From a virus (lineage: Duplodnaviria > Heunggongvirae > Uroviricota > Caudoviricetes): a DNA stretch of 64,000 nucleotides. Each line of letters opens with the position of its first letter. Position 1 is the stretch's first letter. The notes beneath the pieces were generated by a model. The model was not told where the DNA came from, searched no databases, and worked only from the letters and a program-made list of their open reading frames with translations. Below, one piece after another: positions 7,575 to 17,688 of the stretch. The stretch spans positions 32,001 through 96,000 of IMG/VR virus record IMGVR_UViG_3300049044_000033. One strand, 5' to 3'. Made by a program: the position numbers and the translations under genes.

Positions 7575-10500
7575 TTAGGTATTCTTACCAGTTGTATCCA
7601 CTGTATTGTCATCCACCTTGATCAAATTGGTGTCGCTGGTTAGTTCAGCTTCACTCAACTTTGTATCATCAAGGTCACCAAAGAGGTCCCAAGTATTTGC
7701 GGCCACCTTGGTCAATGTTGCTTGGCTGAATTGCTTGCGGAGGTATCGTCCCACTGGAGTATTGATCACCACACCAGCTGCTGGAACAATTTCCGTCTGC
7801 CCCGTTCCAATCTGAACCACTTTGATCTCTGTGCCAACCGCAAAGCCTACACTCGCGTTAGTGGGCACAACCACTTGATTGTTAGAGCTGTTGGAGCGAC
7901 GAATATAAGCACCGGCATCATTTGCAGTCAGGGTATAGGCCAGACCAGTCTGAGGTGTTACCTTCATCGTACCAGCGTCGGCCATCCTCTGGCCAACCCA
8001 CTTCCTCAAACGTGAGAAGTAACGGAAGAGGTAGAATGTCAAACCATTAGGGCTGCTGTTGACCGCAGTAGTGGTCAACCAAGTAATTCCCTGACTCAAG
8101 TCATCTTGGAAAGTAACGTTCCTGCCACCATTCACATCCTGCTTGATGATAATGAGCACTTCACTATACATCTCACCACTTGTAGGTAGAGGTCCAGGTG
8201 CGTAGGTAGTGGCAAGTGGTGTCTTGATCGTAATAGTGGAACTTCCAGTTAGAGTAACTTGGAAGGACTTACCCGAGTTGGGATCAATAACACCACCATC
8301 GACCACACTATTATCATCTTCATAACGAAGATTTGCACCGCTTGCGGTGTAGTGGGCAAGGAAGTGACCTTCATCTGGCTGAACATCATAAGCCATTCTT
8401 GGACCACTAATAAAGTCCTGATCAGAACGCCTCTTGACTCGATTAAATGACCACTCACAGTTGCCGCTCTTGTAAAGCTTAGAGAACACGCCCTCGTAAG
8501 AGAATATCACGTTGTTGAGTTCAAGACGACTTACACCACTATTGTTGTTAGCCGTGCTGTAAAGACCCACTGTGTAGTTCACTATAGTATCAGGTTGCTC
8601 TTCTCTAGCCTGAACGTAAATGGTCTTGAGGCTTTCTCCCGCATTATCAGGGTCATCAATAGTATTACCCTGAGGATCAAGGAGGAATACTTCAATGATG
8701 TTATCATCTTCATCCATATTAACCACTGGATCGTCATTCTGATCCAGTACGAATACAGGTTCACCATTCTCCCAAATAGGTAGGCTGGGATTATTGATGC
8801 TGATTGTATAAGACTCAGGAGCAATCGCACCGATATTCTCCATCTTGAGAATACCACCATTGTGACGAATACCCTTCATCAGAGGGGCACCACTTACCAA
8901 TGTGTCAGTTCCATTTGAAACTTCAAGACCCGTCCAGCCACCGCTTGGTAGGCCCGAGTTCTGGAATACTACTCGTCCACCATCATCGCTGAAAATTCGA
9001 TTAGAAATCTTACCCTGGACCATGCAATTAGTAAAGGTCACATCGCCAACAATTATACCATCTAAGTCGATAACTGGTAGATCTGATTTATCTCCACTTC
9101 CACGTAGGAAATCACAATCCTTGATTTCAGCTGAGCTTACACCATCGACAATCGAGAAAGTAGGTCGGAAATCATTAGTGTCCGCAAAACTTGTATCAAC
9201 TGAGATATTGTTCATCAGGAAACGTTCAACATTGAACATAACCTGCAGATAACCCTTTACTACTGACTTAGTGGAACCAAAGAAGCCCTCTAACGCAATA
9301 TTGGTCTTATCAACGATTTGAACATCTTCTTCATAGATGCCACCAAGTAACATAATGGTGTAGATATTATTGGTGCTATTATTAGGGATACTCTGAAGAG
9401 CCTTATTAATAGTCTGATAAGGATCGTTCAGTGAACCGTTTCCACTTGTATCATCACCTGCGCTACTGACAAACAAAGTGTTGGGAATGACTTGATAGAA
9501 CTGAGCAGGGCTACTCCAAATGAGAGTATTGGATGGTCCAACAGTGAGGTATTGCCCGGAAGTTCCTGAGCCTACTGGCCACTGAAGTCCATTGAACTCC
9601 ATAGAGGGTGCCGAGAGAACAATGGGCGCACCTGCGCTACCCTGTAACATGATTCCATCTTCCCTCACGCTGACGGTGCTCTTAGGGGCGCTATCGGCGC
9701 TCAAGAGGCGAACACCTCCACTGTTAGAGCTAGTGAGGTAGAAATTCTTTAGATCCAAGTTGCCGCCAAGCTCTGGATCAACATCGGCTGCTACCTTGAC
9801 AATCTTGCTCTGAAGGTTCGCAAAGGTCACCTTCTTGGGCAAGTGGTCAGATGAACCCTGCCAGATAAACAGGTCATCATTACCAATATTGGAACTCTCA
9901 GTTGCGTTGCTGAGGTCTAGCTTGACTGTTGGTGTAACTGGATCGGAATCAACAGCAATGCCCTCACCAGCAGTAATACCAGATACTGTGCCAGTGTTCG
10001 CTGTAACCCACTGGAAGGCGCCGCCTGTGAATACTAGGTTGTAGGAGCCATTACCCGTTGGTGCGCTGAGGGTGGTGCTCTTGTTGGAAGCGCCGCCGAT
10101 AAGAAGTCCACCAGTCTCAAGAGTCTGATTCAACAAGCCATATGAAATGGTTTGCTTGCCCGTAGCAGTGAGGCGTCCCAATGCGTTAAAGGTAAAGGTT
10201 GGGAGAACAAATGTTCCCGAACCCGATCCTAGTCCTGAGGTTTCACTCCCGATCTGTGATCCAGTTGCATGACCCGCCGCCCAAGTGATAACATGGTCAG
10301 ATAGTGTCGTGGCAACTACTCTACCTTTGTTGTCGAGGGTAATGCTAATGTCTTTGGTCGCACTATTGAGGATTAGTTCGCCATTGTAGATTGAAGCCAA
10401 AGACATCGTGACTTCAATGACCGGATCGGCTGATCCAACCACAACTGCGCTTCCAAGTGTAGGCGTGGTACCTAGGGCATCACCCAAGAACTTTACTTGG

Positions 10501-10652
10501 GTCTTTTGAATTTTATCCAGTTCATCACTGGCCTGGAACAATGCCTGCTGAGTTACGGCAGTGTTATCCCTAAATCCTTGCGAGCTGTTATTCACGCCGG
10601 CGATAGGAAAGTCGGGATTTAGATTATTTGCTCTATTGCGAACGTCGCTCAT
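7575..10652 (-). CDS. large tail fibre/spike protein with putative beta-helix domain
   Basis: N-terminal FPIAGVNNSSQGFRDN virion motif; FVSSAGDDTSGNGSLNDPYQTINKAL motif typically precedes pectin-lyase-like beta-helices; fibre-type C-terminus YTLTANDAG...GTEIKVVQIGTGQ. Confidence 0.7.
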   Translation of the reverse strand: MSDVRNRANNLNPDFPIAGVNNSSQGFRDNTAVTQQALFQASDELDKIQKTQVKFLGDALGTTPTLGSAVVVGSADPVIEVTMSLASIYNGELILNSATKDISITLDNKGRVVATTLSDHVITWAAGHATGSQIGSETSGLGSGSGTFVLPTFTFNALGRLTATGKQTISYGLLNQTLETGGLLIGGASNKSTTLSAPTGNGSYNLVFTGGAFQWVTANTGTVSGITAGEGIAVDSDPVTPTVKLDLSNATESSNIGNDDLFIWQGSSDHLPKKVTFANLQSKIVKVAADVDPELGGNLDLKNFYLTSSNSGGVRLLSADSAPKSTVSVREDGIMLQGSAGAPIVLSAPSMEFNGLQWPVGSGTSGQYLTVGPSNTLIWSSPAQFYQVIPNTLFVSSAGDDTSGNGSLNDPYQTINKALQSIPNNSTNNIYTIMLLGGIYEEDVQIVDKTNIALEGFFGSTKSVVKGYLQVMFNVERFLMNNISVDTSFADTNDFRPTFSIVDGVSSAEIKDCDFLRGSGDKSDLPVIDLDGIIVGDVTFTNCMVQGKISNRIFSDDGGRVVFQNSGLPSGGWTGLEVSNGTDTLVSGAPLMKGIRHNGGILKMENIGAIAPESYTISINNPSLPIWENGEPVFVLDQNDDPVVNMDEDDNIIEVFLLDPQGNTIDDPDNAGESLKTIYVQAREEQPDTIVNYTVGLYSTANNNSGVSRLELNNVIFSYEGVFSKLYKSGNCEWSFNRVKRRSDQDFISGPRMAYDVQPDEGHFLAHYTASGANLRYEDDNSVVDGGVIDPNSGKSFQVTLTGSSTITIKTPLATTYAPGPLPTSGEMYSEVLIIIKQDVNGGRNVTFQDDLSQGITWLTTTAVNSSPNGLTFYLFRYFSRLRKWVGQRMADAGTMKVTPQTGLAYTLTANDAGAYIRRSNSSNNQVVVPTNASVGFAVGTEIKVVQIGTGQTEIVPAAGVVINTPVGRYLRKQFSQATLTKVAANTWDLFGDLDDTKLSEAELTSDTNLIKVDDNTVDTTGKNT

Positions 10653-10667
10653 TCGATCCTCTTCCTC

Positions 10668-12665
10668 TTAAATATCGCCAGGTGGAAATTTGTAGTATTT
10701 ACTCTCCGACTTCAAAGCGCGGTCAAAAGTCGTTGGCGTAGTCGTTGGGGTGTCTGGGTTTTCTGGACCGTCAAAAATGATAATATCTAGGAAGCTCAAT
10801 TCTTCTGAGTCATCGTCCTTGGCATCACCGTCCATATCATTGTAGAATGTGGTTGCTGAGAAGCCATCGCTCAATAGTAGGTATCTATCTACCTCAATTG
10901 TGCTACCCTGGAGGTCTTCATTCATACCAGCAGTCTCGAGGGCTTTGACTATTGCGGGACCACTTCCTGATCTCACGTAGGCAAGTTCAATAGCAGCCTG
11001 GTAGCCAAGAACCGTTGAGGGCTTTCCAAGTTCTTGCTCACACATCATCCAAAGTGGTAAACCTTCTCGGCCTAATATACCAAGACCTGCTTGACCGGCT
11101 AGGCGGTTTGCGGTATTGATAAGATCCAGACGCAAGTTCTTTATGCTGTTTGGATAGTATTGATTTTGATCAGCAGGGAGGTTCCATTGATTAATGGCAG
11201 TAGGGTTCTGACCCGCAACATATCTTGGTAGGTGTTCTTCCCTCTGGATAGAATTAAAACCACCTGCACCTTCCATAGGATCCACAATAGTCATGTAGAT
11301 GACATCGTAGATGTGAGTTCCTTCTGGAGAGCGAGCCTTTGCGCTCTTGATCTGTCCTACCCTCAAGGTTGTAGGATGGTGGTAATCCTTGAGGTAATCC
11401 AGCAAACCTCCACTATAGTTGAGACCATTAGTGAGTAGGATTTTGTAATCACGCTTTCTACCAAAGTAAACATCAGAACGCCTAAAGAGATTATCCCATC
11501 CCAATATAGTGAGTTTGTCCTGAGTTCTCAGTTCTGCTTGGTTACCCCAAACCCAACGAGCCAGTTTCTCTCTGATTAGTGGAGAGACATTAATCTGAAG
11601 ACTGGTAGTAGATTCGGAAATAAAGATGTTCCTGATCGTGATACTAAAGGTGCGTTCGCCCGCAATAGTCGACTGGCGGATAGCACCAGTTTCATTGTGA
11701 ACGAATACCACCCTTGCTTCAACGGTGAATTCAAATGTCTTGTTAATGGTCACGTAGGGACAGCGACCAATAATCAATCCTGACATTGGGTCGAGCAATA
11801 AACCATCGGGTAGTGGTTTGCTCTTTGGTGTAATGGTATATTGAATGGTCTGACTCTCTAGGGAGTTCAAGCCACTGACCTCATATTGAGGAACTGCTTT
11901 AACTGCAAAGTGACTTGGGTAGGTCTCGTAAGTCGACCCTAGACTTCCCGCAGGCGTCTCCCAACGCACCGCGTCAGACAAACGGGCATCCAACACTATC
12001 TCAGTGCCAATGGTGAGGCGATAGATCTTCTCAGAAGTCCTTGGCGAACCTTCTTCGCGTGGGTTGCTCAAGAGATCATCAGGATCTCGAGCATAAACCC
12101 TGAAGTAATAGTCTCCAGGCTTATTGCCTGTAATATTGGGTGATCCCACGATCCTACCCCTGGAGTCAATTTCAAGTCCTCCGGGTAGACCTTGGAAAGT
12201 ATTAGCCGGACCCACAAAGCCAACTGCTTTATAGACCAGCTTGTCTCGGTCAGGGTTCACAATATCGAGTTGAACCGTAACACCCGAACCTCTGTTGAAC
12301 GTTCCTAGGTATTGAATGCCAGTTGGACTTTCCCAGTGCTGTTCTTCATCAATAGGATTGACAATTAGCTTGAATGACCTGTCATAAGTCCTGGTAGAGT
12401 TCTGGAATGTTACTCGGAAGACTACAGGATATTCAGTTTTATCCTTAGGTAGTTCCTCAATGGTTCCCATGATCTTATTTGAACCGCCATTAAAGAATAG
12501 ACCCAAGGGCAAAGTGCCACCGATCATTGTAATGGCTTCAAAATCACTGAATAGAGGATGAGAAGTATCAAGTTCCAAGTTGACATTCACAACGTCAGCA
12601 CGGCGCCATGGTTCTCCGTCATTCAACAGATCACCGCTTTGTGGTGCTGACCAAATTGTTGCCAT
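10668..12665 (-). CDS. virion/baseplate structural protein with three complete putative-Ig (He_PIG-like) domains
   Basis: 3x W...L.../LPxGL...G.I.G/F.V...R.F.I.V; GGAGGA SD before ATG 12665 (start corrected from 12812). Confidence 0.7.
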   Translation of the reverse strand: MATIWSAPQSGDLLNDGEPWRRADVVNVNLELDTSHPLFSDFEAITMIGGTLPLGLFFNGGSNKIMGTIEELPKDKTEYPVVFRVTFQNSTRTYDRSFKLIVNPIDEEQHWESPTGIQYLGTFNRGSGVTVQLDIVNPDRDKLVYKAVGFVGPANTFQGLPGGLEIDSRGRIVGSPNITGNKPGDYYFRVYARDPDDLLSNPREEGSPRTSEKIYRLTIGTEIVLDARLSDAVRWETPAGSLGSTYETYPSHFAVKAVPQYEVSGLNSLESQTIQYTITPKSKPLPDGLLLDPMSGLIIGRCPYVTINKTFEFTVEARVVFVHNETGAIRQSTIAGERTFSITIRNIFISESTTSLQINVSPLIREKLARWVWGNQAELRTQDKLTILGWDNLFRRSDVYFGRKRDYKILLTNGLNYSGGLLDYLKDYHHPTTLRVGQIKSAKARSPEGTHIYDVIYMTIVDPMEGAGGFNSIQREEHLPRYVAGQNPTAINQWNLPADQNQYYPNSIKNLRLDLINTANRLAGQAGLGILGREGLPLWMMCEQELGKPSTVLGYQAAIELAYVRSGSGPAIVKALETAGMNEDLQGSTIEVDRYLLLSDGFSATTFYNDMDGDAKDDDSEELSFLDIIIFDGPENPDTPTTTPTTFDRALKSESKYYKFPPGDI

Positions 12666-12788
12666 GGAAATCCTCCTACTCCCTATATTTATTGGGTAGA
12701 GGAATGTCATTCTATAGCAGGAAATCTCCACTCTTTGTGTTTTTCTAATACTTCTAGGAGGTAAATAGAAACGAATTAGGAGGACGAC

Positions 12789-14015
12789 ATGGGTATTAGA
12801 ATCAAAGGTCAATACAAGCCCGTGGGCATGATCAAGTTTAGACGCTCGCTCATCGCTCCAGTGTTTGCCGTCTTACCAAGCATTACCTACAATACTCTCT
12901 TAGTGGGTGATACTTTCACAGCAAATGACGGAACTGCTTCTCCTGCTAATGCGGTAGTAAGTCGTCGCTGGCTCTTGGATGGAGAACAGATCGGAACCGG
13001 CTCCTTTGTAGTCGTAGAAGTTCCTGGTTCGCTCGTCCTAGAGGTAACCTATACTAATGGCGCAGGATCGGTCACTGAAACAACTTCGGCAATTGATATC
13101 GACTATGCGGAACTAGTATTCAGCACTCTCCCAAGCATCAGTTATCCAGATCTATTTGTTGGTAGCACTTTTACGGCAGTGGACGGTGAATGGACTCCAC
13201 TAAATGCTGATATGGAACGCCGCTGGCTACTAGGTGGTGTTGAGATTGGTACTGATGAAACAGTTACACCAGAAGCAGGTGGTATTCTAACACTTGAAGT
13301 GACTATTAGCAATCCAGGTGGTTCGCTGACTAAGACTGCTTCAATCACTATTGCGGCACACCAGCCGGCCTTTACCGTTGATCCAAGCATCTCACCAAAT
13401 GGTGGTCCAATGGGAACTACCTTTACTGGTAATGATGGTACCTACCAGTATGGTACAGTGACTAGCAGGTCTTGGTTGTTTGATGGTCAAGTCATTAATG
13501 GCGCAACCACTGACACTTACATCTCGGATGGCATTGGTCAGGTTTCCTATCGCGTTACTATCACAGGCGCAGGTGGAACTTTAACTAAGACTTCAACTGC
13601 GGTTTCCTCTACTTCAGTTCCTGAAAAGCTCAACCCTCCAGTATGGGCAACACAGACTGGTAACTTGGGAACCTACGCAGAAGGCACTGCGATCAGCATT
13701 CCACTGTTGGTAACTGATCCTGAGAATAACGTTCAGAAGTATGAAATTACCAGTGGAGCACTGCCAAATGGTACCACGATTAACCTAACTACTGGTTTGA
13801 TCTCTGGTACCCTCGCAGAAGTTGTCACCGATACCGTTTACACCTTCACCGTTAAGGTAACTGACAGAACCAACCTGACACTGACTGGAACGTTCTCGAT
13901 TAACGTCGCTAACGTGAAGACCACTGTTGTTTGGGAAACAGATAATAGTTCTGACCTAGCACAGCCTGCTCCAGGTGAAACTATTACTGTGGCCTTGGGA
14001 GCAACGTCTAGCTAA
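12789..14015 (+). CDS. Ig-like repeat virion protein (putative fibre anchor)
   Basis: 3x PSI...G.TFT..DG....R.WL..G Ig-like repeats, one complete He_PIG-like domain, then only the first strands of another domain; GGAGG SD. Confidence 0.75.
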   Translation: MGIRIKGQYKPVGMIKFRRSLIAPVFAVLPSITYNTLLVGDTFTANDGTASPANAVVSRRWLLDGEQIGTGSFVVVEVPGSLVLEVTYTNGAGSVTETTSAIDIDYAELVFSTLPSISYPDLFVGSTFTAVDGEWTPLNADMERRWLLGGVEIGTDETVTPEAGGILTLEVTISNPGGSLTKTASITIAAHQPAFTVDPSISPNGGPMGTTFTGNDGTYQYGTVTSRSWLFDGQVINGATTDTYISDGIGQVSYRVTITGAGGTLTKTSTAVSSTSVPEKLNPPVWATQTGNLGTYAEGTAISIPLLVTDPENNVQKYEITSGALPNGTTINLTTGLISGTLAEVVTDTVYTFTVKVTDRTNLTLTGTFSINVANVKTTVVWETDNSSDLAQPAPGETITVALGATSS

Positions 14016-15163
14016 TGGCTAAGGTTCTATCTATCCGATATACTGTGGTCGACGGCGCGCTTCCTAATGGACTCGCGCTAAACCCTGAAACTGGGGCAAT
14101 CACAGGCAGTCCTGACTATAGTGCTTTGAACCAGGGACCAGTATGGCAAACCGCTTCTGGTAGTCTAGGTACCTATAACGAGAATGATGCTTTTACACCA
14201 GTAACTTTCTCTACCACGACAACACATAGCCCGGTTGTTTTTAGTCTTTCCACCTCTAACGATAAGTTACCTTGGGGGTTGGTTCTTAATCCAACCACTG
14301 GAACTATTTCGGGAACTGTTGCACCACTAAAGCAACGAGTTAAAGAAGCCGGTGTGACCTTCGATGGTCCTACTTGGAACACTCAGTTTGGTAAGCTGGC
14401 TAACTTTGATGAAGGTCAAGTCTCAGCTATCAACTTGTCTGCCACTCCCCTTGGTAGCAGGACGATTAAGGCTTACTCAGTTGTCGAAGGCGACCTTCCA
14501 TTTGGTCTAGTGTTGAACCTAAAGACTGGGGTGATTTCAGGAACTGTTGGACGATTGAAGAACCCTGGTCCATTCGTTGACGTTCCTAAACTACCAGTTC
14601 CTGTGTGGAACCAAGCAGCTGGTAATATTGCGACTATTCACGAGACTGAATCTCTCACTATGTCAATCGGAGCAACACCTGACTCTAGTCGCTCAATGTC
14701 CAAGTATATTATTCGTGAAGGCAACTTACCACTTGGTTTAAAACTCAACATCAATACTGGTGCAATTACTGGAACGGCGGCTTTCCTTCCTTATAAGGAA
14801 GCTGCCTACTATGATTCCACGATGGATCCAGTATTCAGTGACACAGTGACAATTGGCGGATCACCCTCAACCGTAGTGGATCAGGGTAGTTTGGGTTCTT
14901 ATTCAAAAGGTGCTTCAGTCTCGATAGCTCTGAGTGCTACTCCTGCTTCTGGTAGAACTATCAAGAACTATTCGATAACTAATGGAGCATTGCCCTTGGG
15001 CTTGAAGCTCAACGCAACCACTGGGGTAATCTCGGGAACTATTCTCAATAGTGCTTTTGTGGCACTAAAGACTTACAACTTTACAGTAGCGGTTGTCGAT
15101 AAGGATGGAAGTTTCTTCCTACAAAATAATAAGTCAAGAACCTACAAGATTGTAGTTCAGTAA
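14015..15163 (+). CDS. putative-Ig repeat scaffold protein A1
   Basis: 5x LPxGLxLNxxTGxIxG motifs; TAATG overlap with upstream gene; close paralogue of 16531..17676. Confidence 0.8.
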   Translation: MAKVLSIRYTVVDGALPNGLALNPETGAITGSPDYSALNQGPVWQTASGSLGTYNENDAFTPVTFSTTTTHSPVVFSLSTSNDKLPWGLVLNPTTGTISGTVAPLKQRVKEAGVTFDGPTWNTQFGKLANFDEGQVSAINLSATPLGSRTIKAYSVVEGDLPFGLVLNLKTGVISGTVGRLKNPGPFVDVPKLPVPVWNQAAGNIATIHETESLTMSIGATPDSSRSMSKYIIREGNLPLGLKLNINTGAITGTAAFLPYKEAAYYDSTMDPVFSDTVTIGGSPSTVVDQGSLGSYSKGASVSIALSATPASGRTIKNYSITNGALPLGLKLNATTGVISGTILNSAFVALKTYNFTVAVVDKDGSFFLQNNKSRTYKIVVQ

Positions 15164-15175
15164 AGGAATTAAGTC

Positions 15176-16504
15176 ATGGCAGTATTCAACTTTACCGTTC
15201 GAGCCACTGATAGTGAAGGCTCCTATAGTGATCGCCAGTTCAATATCACCGTTCGTAATTCTCGAGTAGAACGCTTTATGGTTGTTGACTCGGCTGATGC
15301 CTGGACTTCACCTGATGGAACCACTTGGACACAAAGAGTCGGCCAGGGCGGTATTACTTGCGCATATGGTAATGGCTTCTGGCTAATTCTTAAGAGCACC
15401 GCTAATATGACGTGCTTGAAGTCGACTGATGGTGTAAACTTTGCCCAAATAACTAACACCAGTATGACTTTTACTGATGTTGATACTAGCACTACCCTAT
15501 CTGGACCTACAGGTCTTGACGCAAGGGTCAAGTTAAAGTTCTGGAATGGAACATTTTATTATTTGACCTGCCTGGGAACTAATGGAACCTATGCTCTGTA
15601 TTCAACAGTTGATGGTATTAACTGGAAGAGGAAGGTTCTCTTCCAGGAGGTAAATAGTAACAACGGTGTTGCCTTCATTCCATCAACTTCTCAGAATAGA
15701 ATAGAATTATACGACGATAATGGAACATTATTTGTTCCATTCGCTGCAGGTTGTGTTACTACGGTTACTATGAATCCTGGATCTGGATTTGTAAATTGTA
15801 TGGGATGGTCCACGACTGATGGTGTGACCTTTACACCAATACAGAATGCCTCTCAAACATCAAAGCTAACTTCTAAAGGTGCAGGTATAATTACTCGAAT
15901 CAACGGGGTGTATTTGGCCTTCAATACAACCCACAATAATACAACAATGGTCGGATCTGTTTCTATAGGACTTTCTAGTAACGCAAATCCCTCCTATTCT
16001 ACATTATGGGCAAATTACCTATATTCGACTGATGGTTTGAATTGGACAATCGGTACTAATACAGCTTTAGCTACTAGCAATTCTAACCAATCTCAAGGCT
16101 TAGATTGTCCAATAAGTGTAAACGGTCAAATCTACATGTTGCCAGCGGCAGTCAGTCCAAACAGCGAAGGTACTGATACAGTAACACAGATATCCTATAT
16201 TCTCTCCACTACAGATCTTTTAACGTGGACTTCGACTGCTATGAAAAATGATATCGCTTGGAGCACCACTGGTTTGGGTTCTCCCCGATTTAGGAAAGTG
16301 ATATTTAAGAACGGTGTCCTGCTTTATGTTCCATCCTCAACATCTGGAGTTGATACTAACGCGGGCACTAACAGAGGGGTCAACGGCTTTAGAGTTTCTG
16401 TCGATGGAGGAACAACTTGGACGGTAGTAAACACTTTAGGTAATTACCCTGCTGCTAGTAGCAGTGGCAATGCTAAGATCTATAACGACGTAGCAGCAAT
16501 GTAA
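15176..16504 (+). CDS. putative receptor-binding head B1 (Asp-box/BNR-like beta-propeller)
   Basis: Repeated S-x-D-G-x-x-W/F motifs (SPDGTTW, STDGVNF, TVDGINW, STDGLNW, SVDGGTTW); N-terminus shared with 17689..18909. Confidence 0.7.
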   Translation: MAVFNFTVRATDSEGSYSDRQFNITVRNSRVERFMVVDSADAWTSPDGTTWTQRVGQGGITCAYGNGFWLILKSTANMTCLKSTDGVNFAQITNTSMTFTDVDTSTTLSGPTGLDARVKLKFWNGTFYYLTCLGTNGTYALYSTVDGINWKRKVLFQEVNSNNGVAFIPSTSQNRIELYDDNGTLFVPFAAGCVTTVTMNPGSGFVNCMGWSTTDGVTFTPIQNASQTSKLTSKGAGIITRINGVYLAFNTTHNNTTMVGSVSIGLSSNANPSYSTLWANYLYSTDGLNWTIGTNTALATSNSNQSQGLDCPISVNGQIYMLPAAVSPNSEGTDTVTQISYILSTTDLLTWTSTAMKNDIAWSTTGLGSPRFRKVIFKNGVLLYVPSSTSGVDTNAGTNRGVNGFRVSVDGGTTWTVVNTLGNYPAASSSGNAKIYNDVAAM

Positions 16505-16530
16505 TCTTTATTCAAGGAGGCGTCTAACTA

Positions 16531-17676
16531 ATGGCTAAGATTTTATCAATTCGCTACACACTAGTGGATGGATCGCTTCCAAATGGTATGAAGCTGAATC
16601 CTGATACTGGTGTGATCTCAGGCAGTCCTGGTTTTGACGCATTGGGACAGGGTCCAGCTTGGCAGACTACTGCGGGAAGTCTTGGAACCTACAATGAGAC
16701 TGATGTAATCACCCCAGTAACATTTTCGGCAACCACTACTCACAGTCCTGTAGTCTTCAGTCTCGCAACATCAAATGATAAGTTGCCTTGGGGCTTAGTC
16801 CTCAACCCAACCACTGGAGTTCTTTCTGGAACCATTGCAGCATTGAAGTTGAGGGTTAAGGAAGAAGGGGTGACCTTCGACGGTCCTACTTGGAATACCT
16901 CTTTCGGTAAGTTGGCAGGATTTGATGAAGATGCCGTGGCTAGTATAAACTTGTCTGCAACACCTCTAGGTAGCCGAACCATTGCTCGCTATACTGTGGT
17001 CGAGGGTGCTCTTCCTTGGGGTTTAAAGCTCAACCCGGCTACTGGTGTTATCACTGGCAGTGTAGCTCGCCTTAAGAACCCAGGTGCTTATGTTGACGTT
17101 CCAAAGCTTCCTGTGCCAGTCTGGTCCACAGCTTCAGCTCTCGGAACTCTAAACGAATATGAAACCGCTAATTTCACTCTAGCAGCAACACCTGATACTG
17201 GTCGATCCATGGCTAAGTATATCATTCGAGAAGGCGCTCTTCCTTGGGGTCTAAAGCTCAATAGCGTAACTGGTGCTATTACGGGAACGGCAGCTGATAT
17301 CTTGAAAAGGAATGAACCTGTTTATTATGATTCTGCCAATAACCCAGTATTCAGTGATACTGTAGTGATAAATGGCAGCAATACAACGGTAACTAATAAT
17401 GGTAGTATTGGTTCCTATACTAAGGGAACTGCGGTCTCGGCTACATTCTCTGCTACCCCAGTATCTGGTCGAACTGTAAAGAACTATTGGATGACTGGTG
17501 AATTGCCTTGGGGCTTGAAGTTCAACCCGACTACTGGTGTAGTTTCAGGAACTATCGTCAATAACGCAAGGGTAGTGAGTAAGACTTACACCTTTAATAT
17601 TTTCGTCACCGACAAGGACGCACCAAGTTATTTGGTAAATAGTTCAAGTCGAACCTTCACAATAACTGTTCAGTAA
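16531..17676 (+). CDS. putative-Ig repeat scaffold protein A2
   Basis: Paralogue of 14015..15163 over its full length; AAGGAGG SD. Confidence 0.8.
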   Translation: MAKILSIRYTLVDGSLPNGMKLNPDTGVISGSPGFDALGQGPAWQTTAGSLGTYNETDVITPVTFSATTTHSPVVFSLATSNDKLPWGLVLNPTTGVLSGTIAALKLRVKEEGVTFDGPTWNTSFGKLAGFDEDAVASINLSATPLGSRTIARYTVVEGALPWGLKLNPATGVITGSVARLKNPGAYVDVPKLPVPVWSTASALGTLNEYETANFTLAATPDTGRSMAKYIIREGALPWGLKLNSVTGAITGTAADILKRNEPVYYDSANNPVFSDTVVINGSNTTVTNNGSIGSYTKGTAVSATFSATPVSGRTVKNYWMTGELPWGLKFNPTTGVVSGTIVNNARVVSKTYTFNIFVTDKDAPSYLVNSSSRTFTITVQ

Positions 17677-17688
17677 GAGGTAAAAACA

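Noticed and set aside
12680-12770. T4-like late promoters (AATAAATA on minus, GGTAAATA on plus) between the divergent structural operons
   Set aside because: Only partial matches to TATAAATA in an AT-rich spacer; cannot be supported without a genome-wide motif search.
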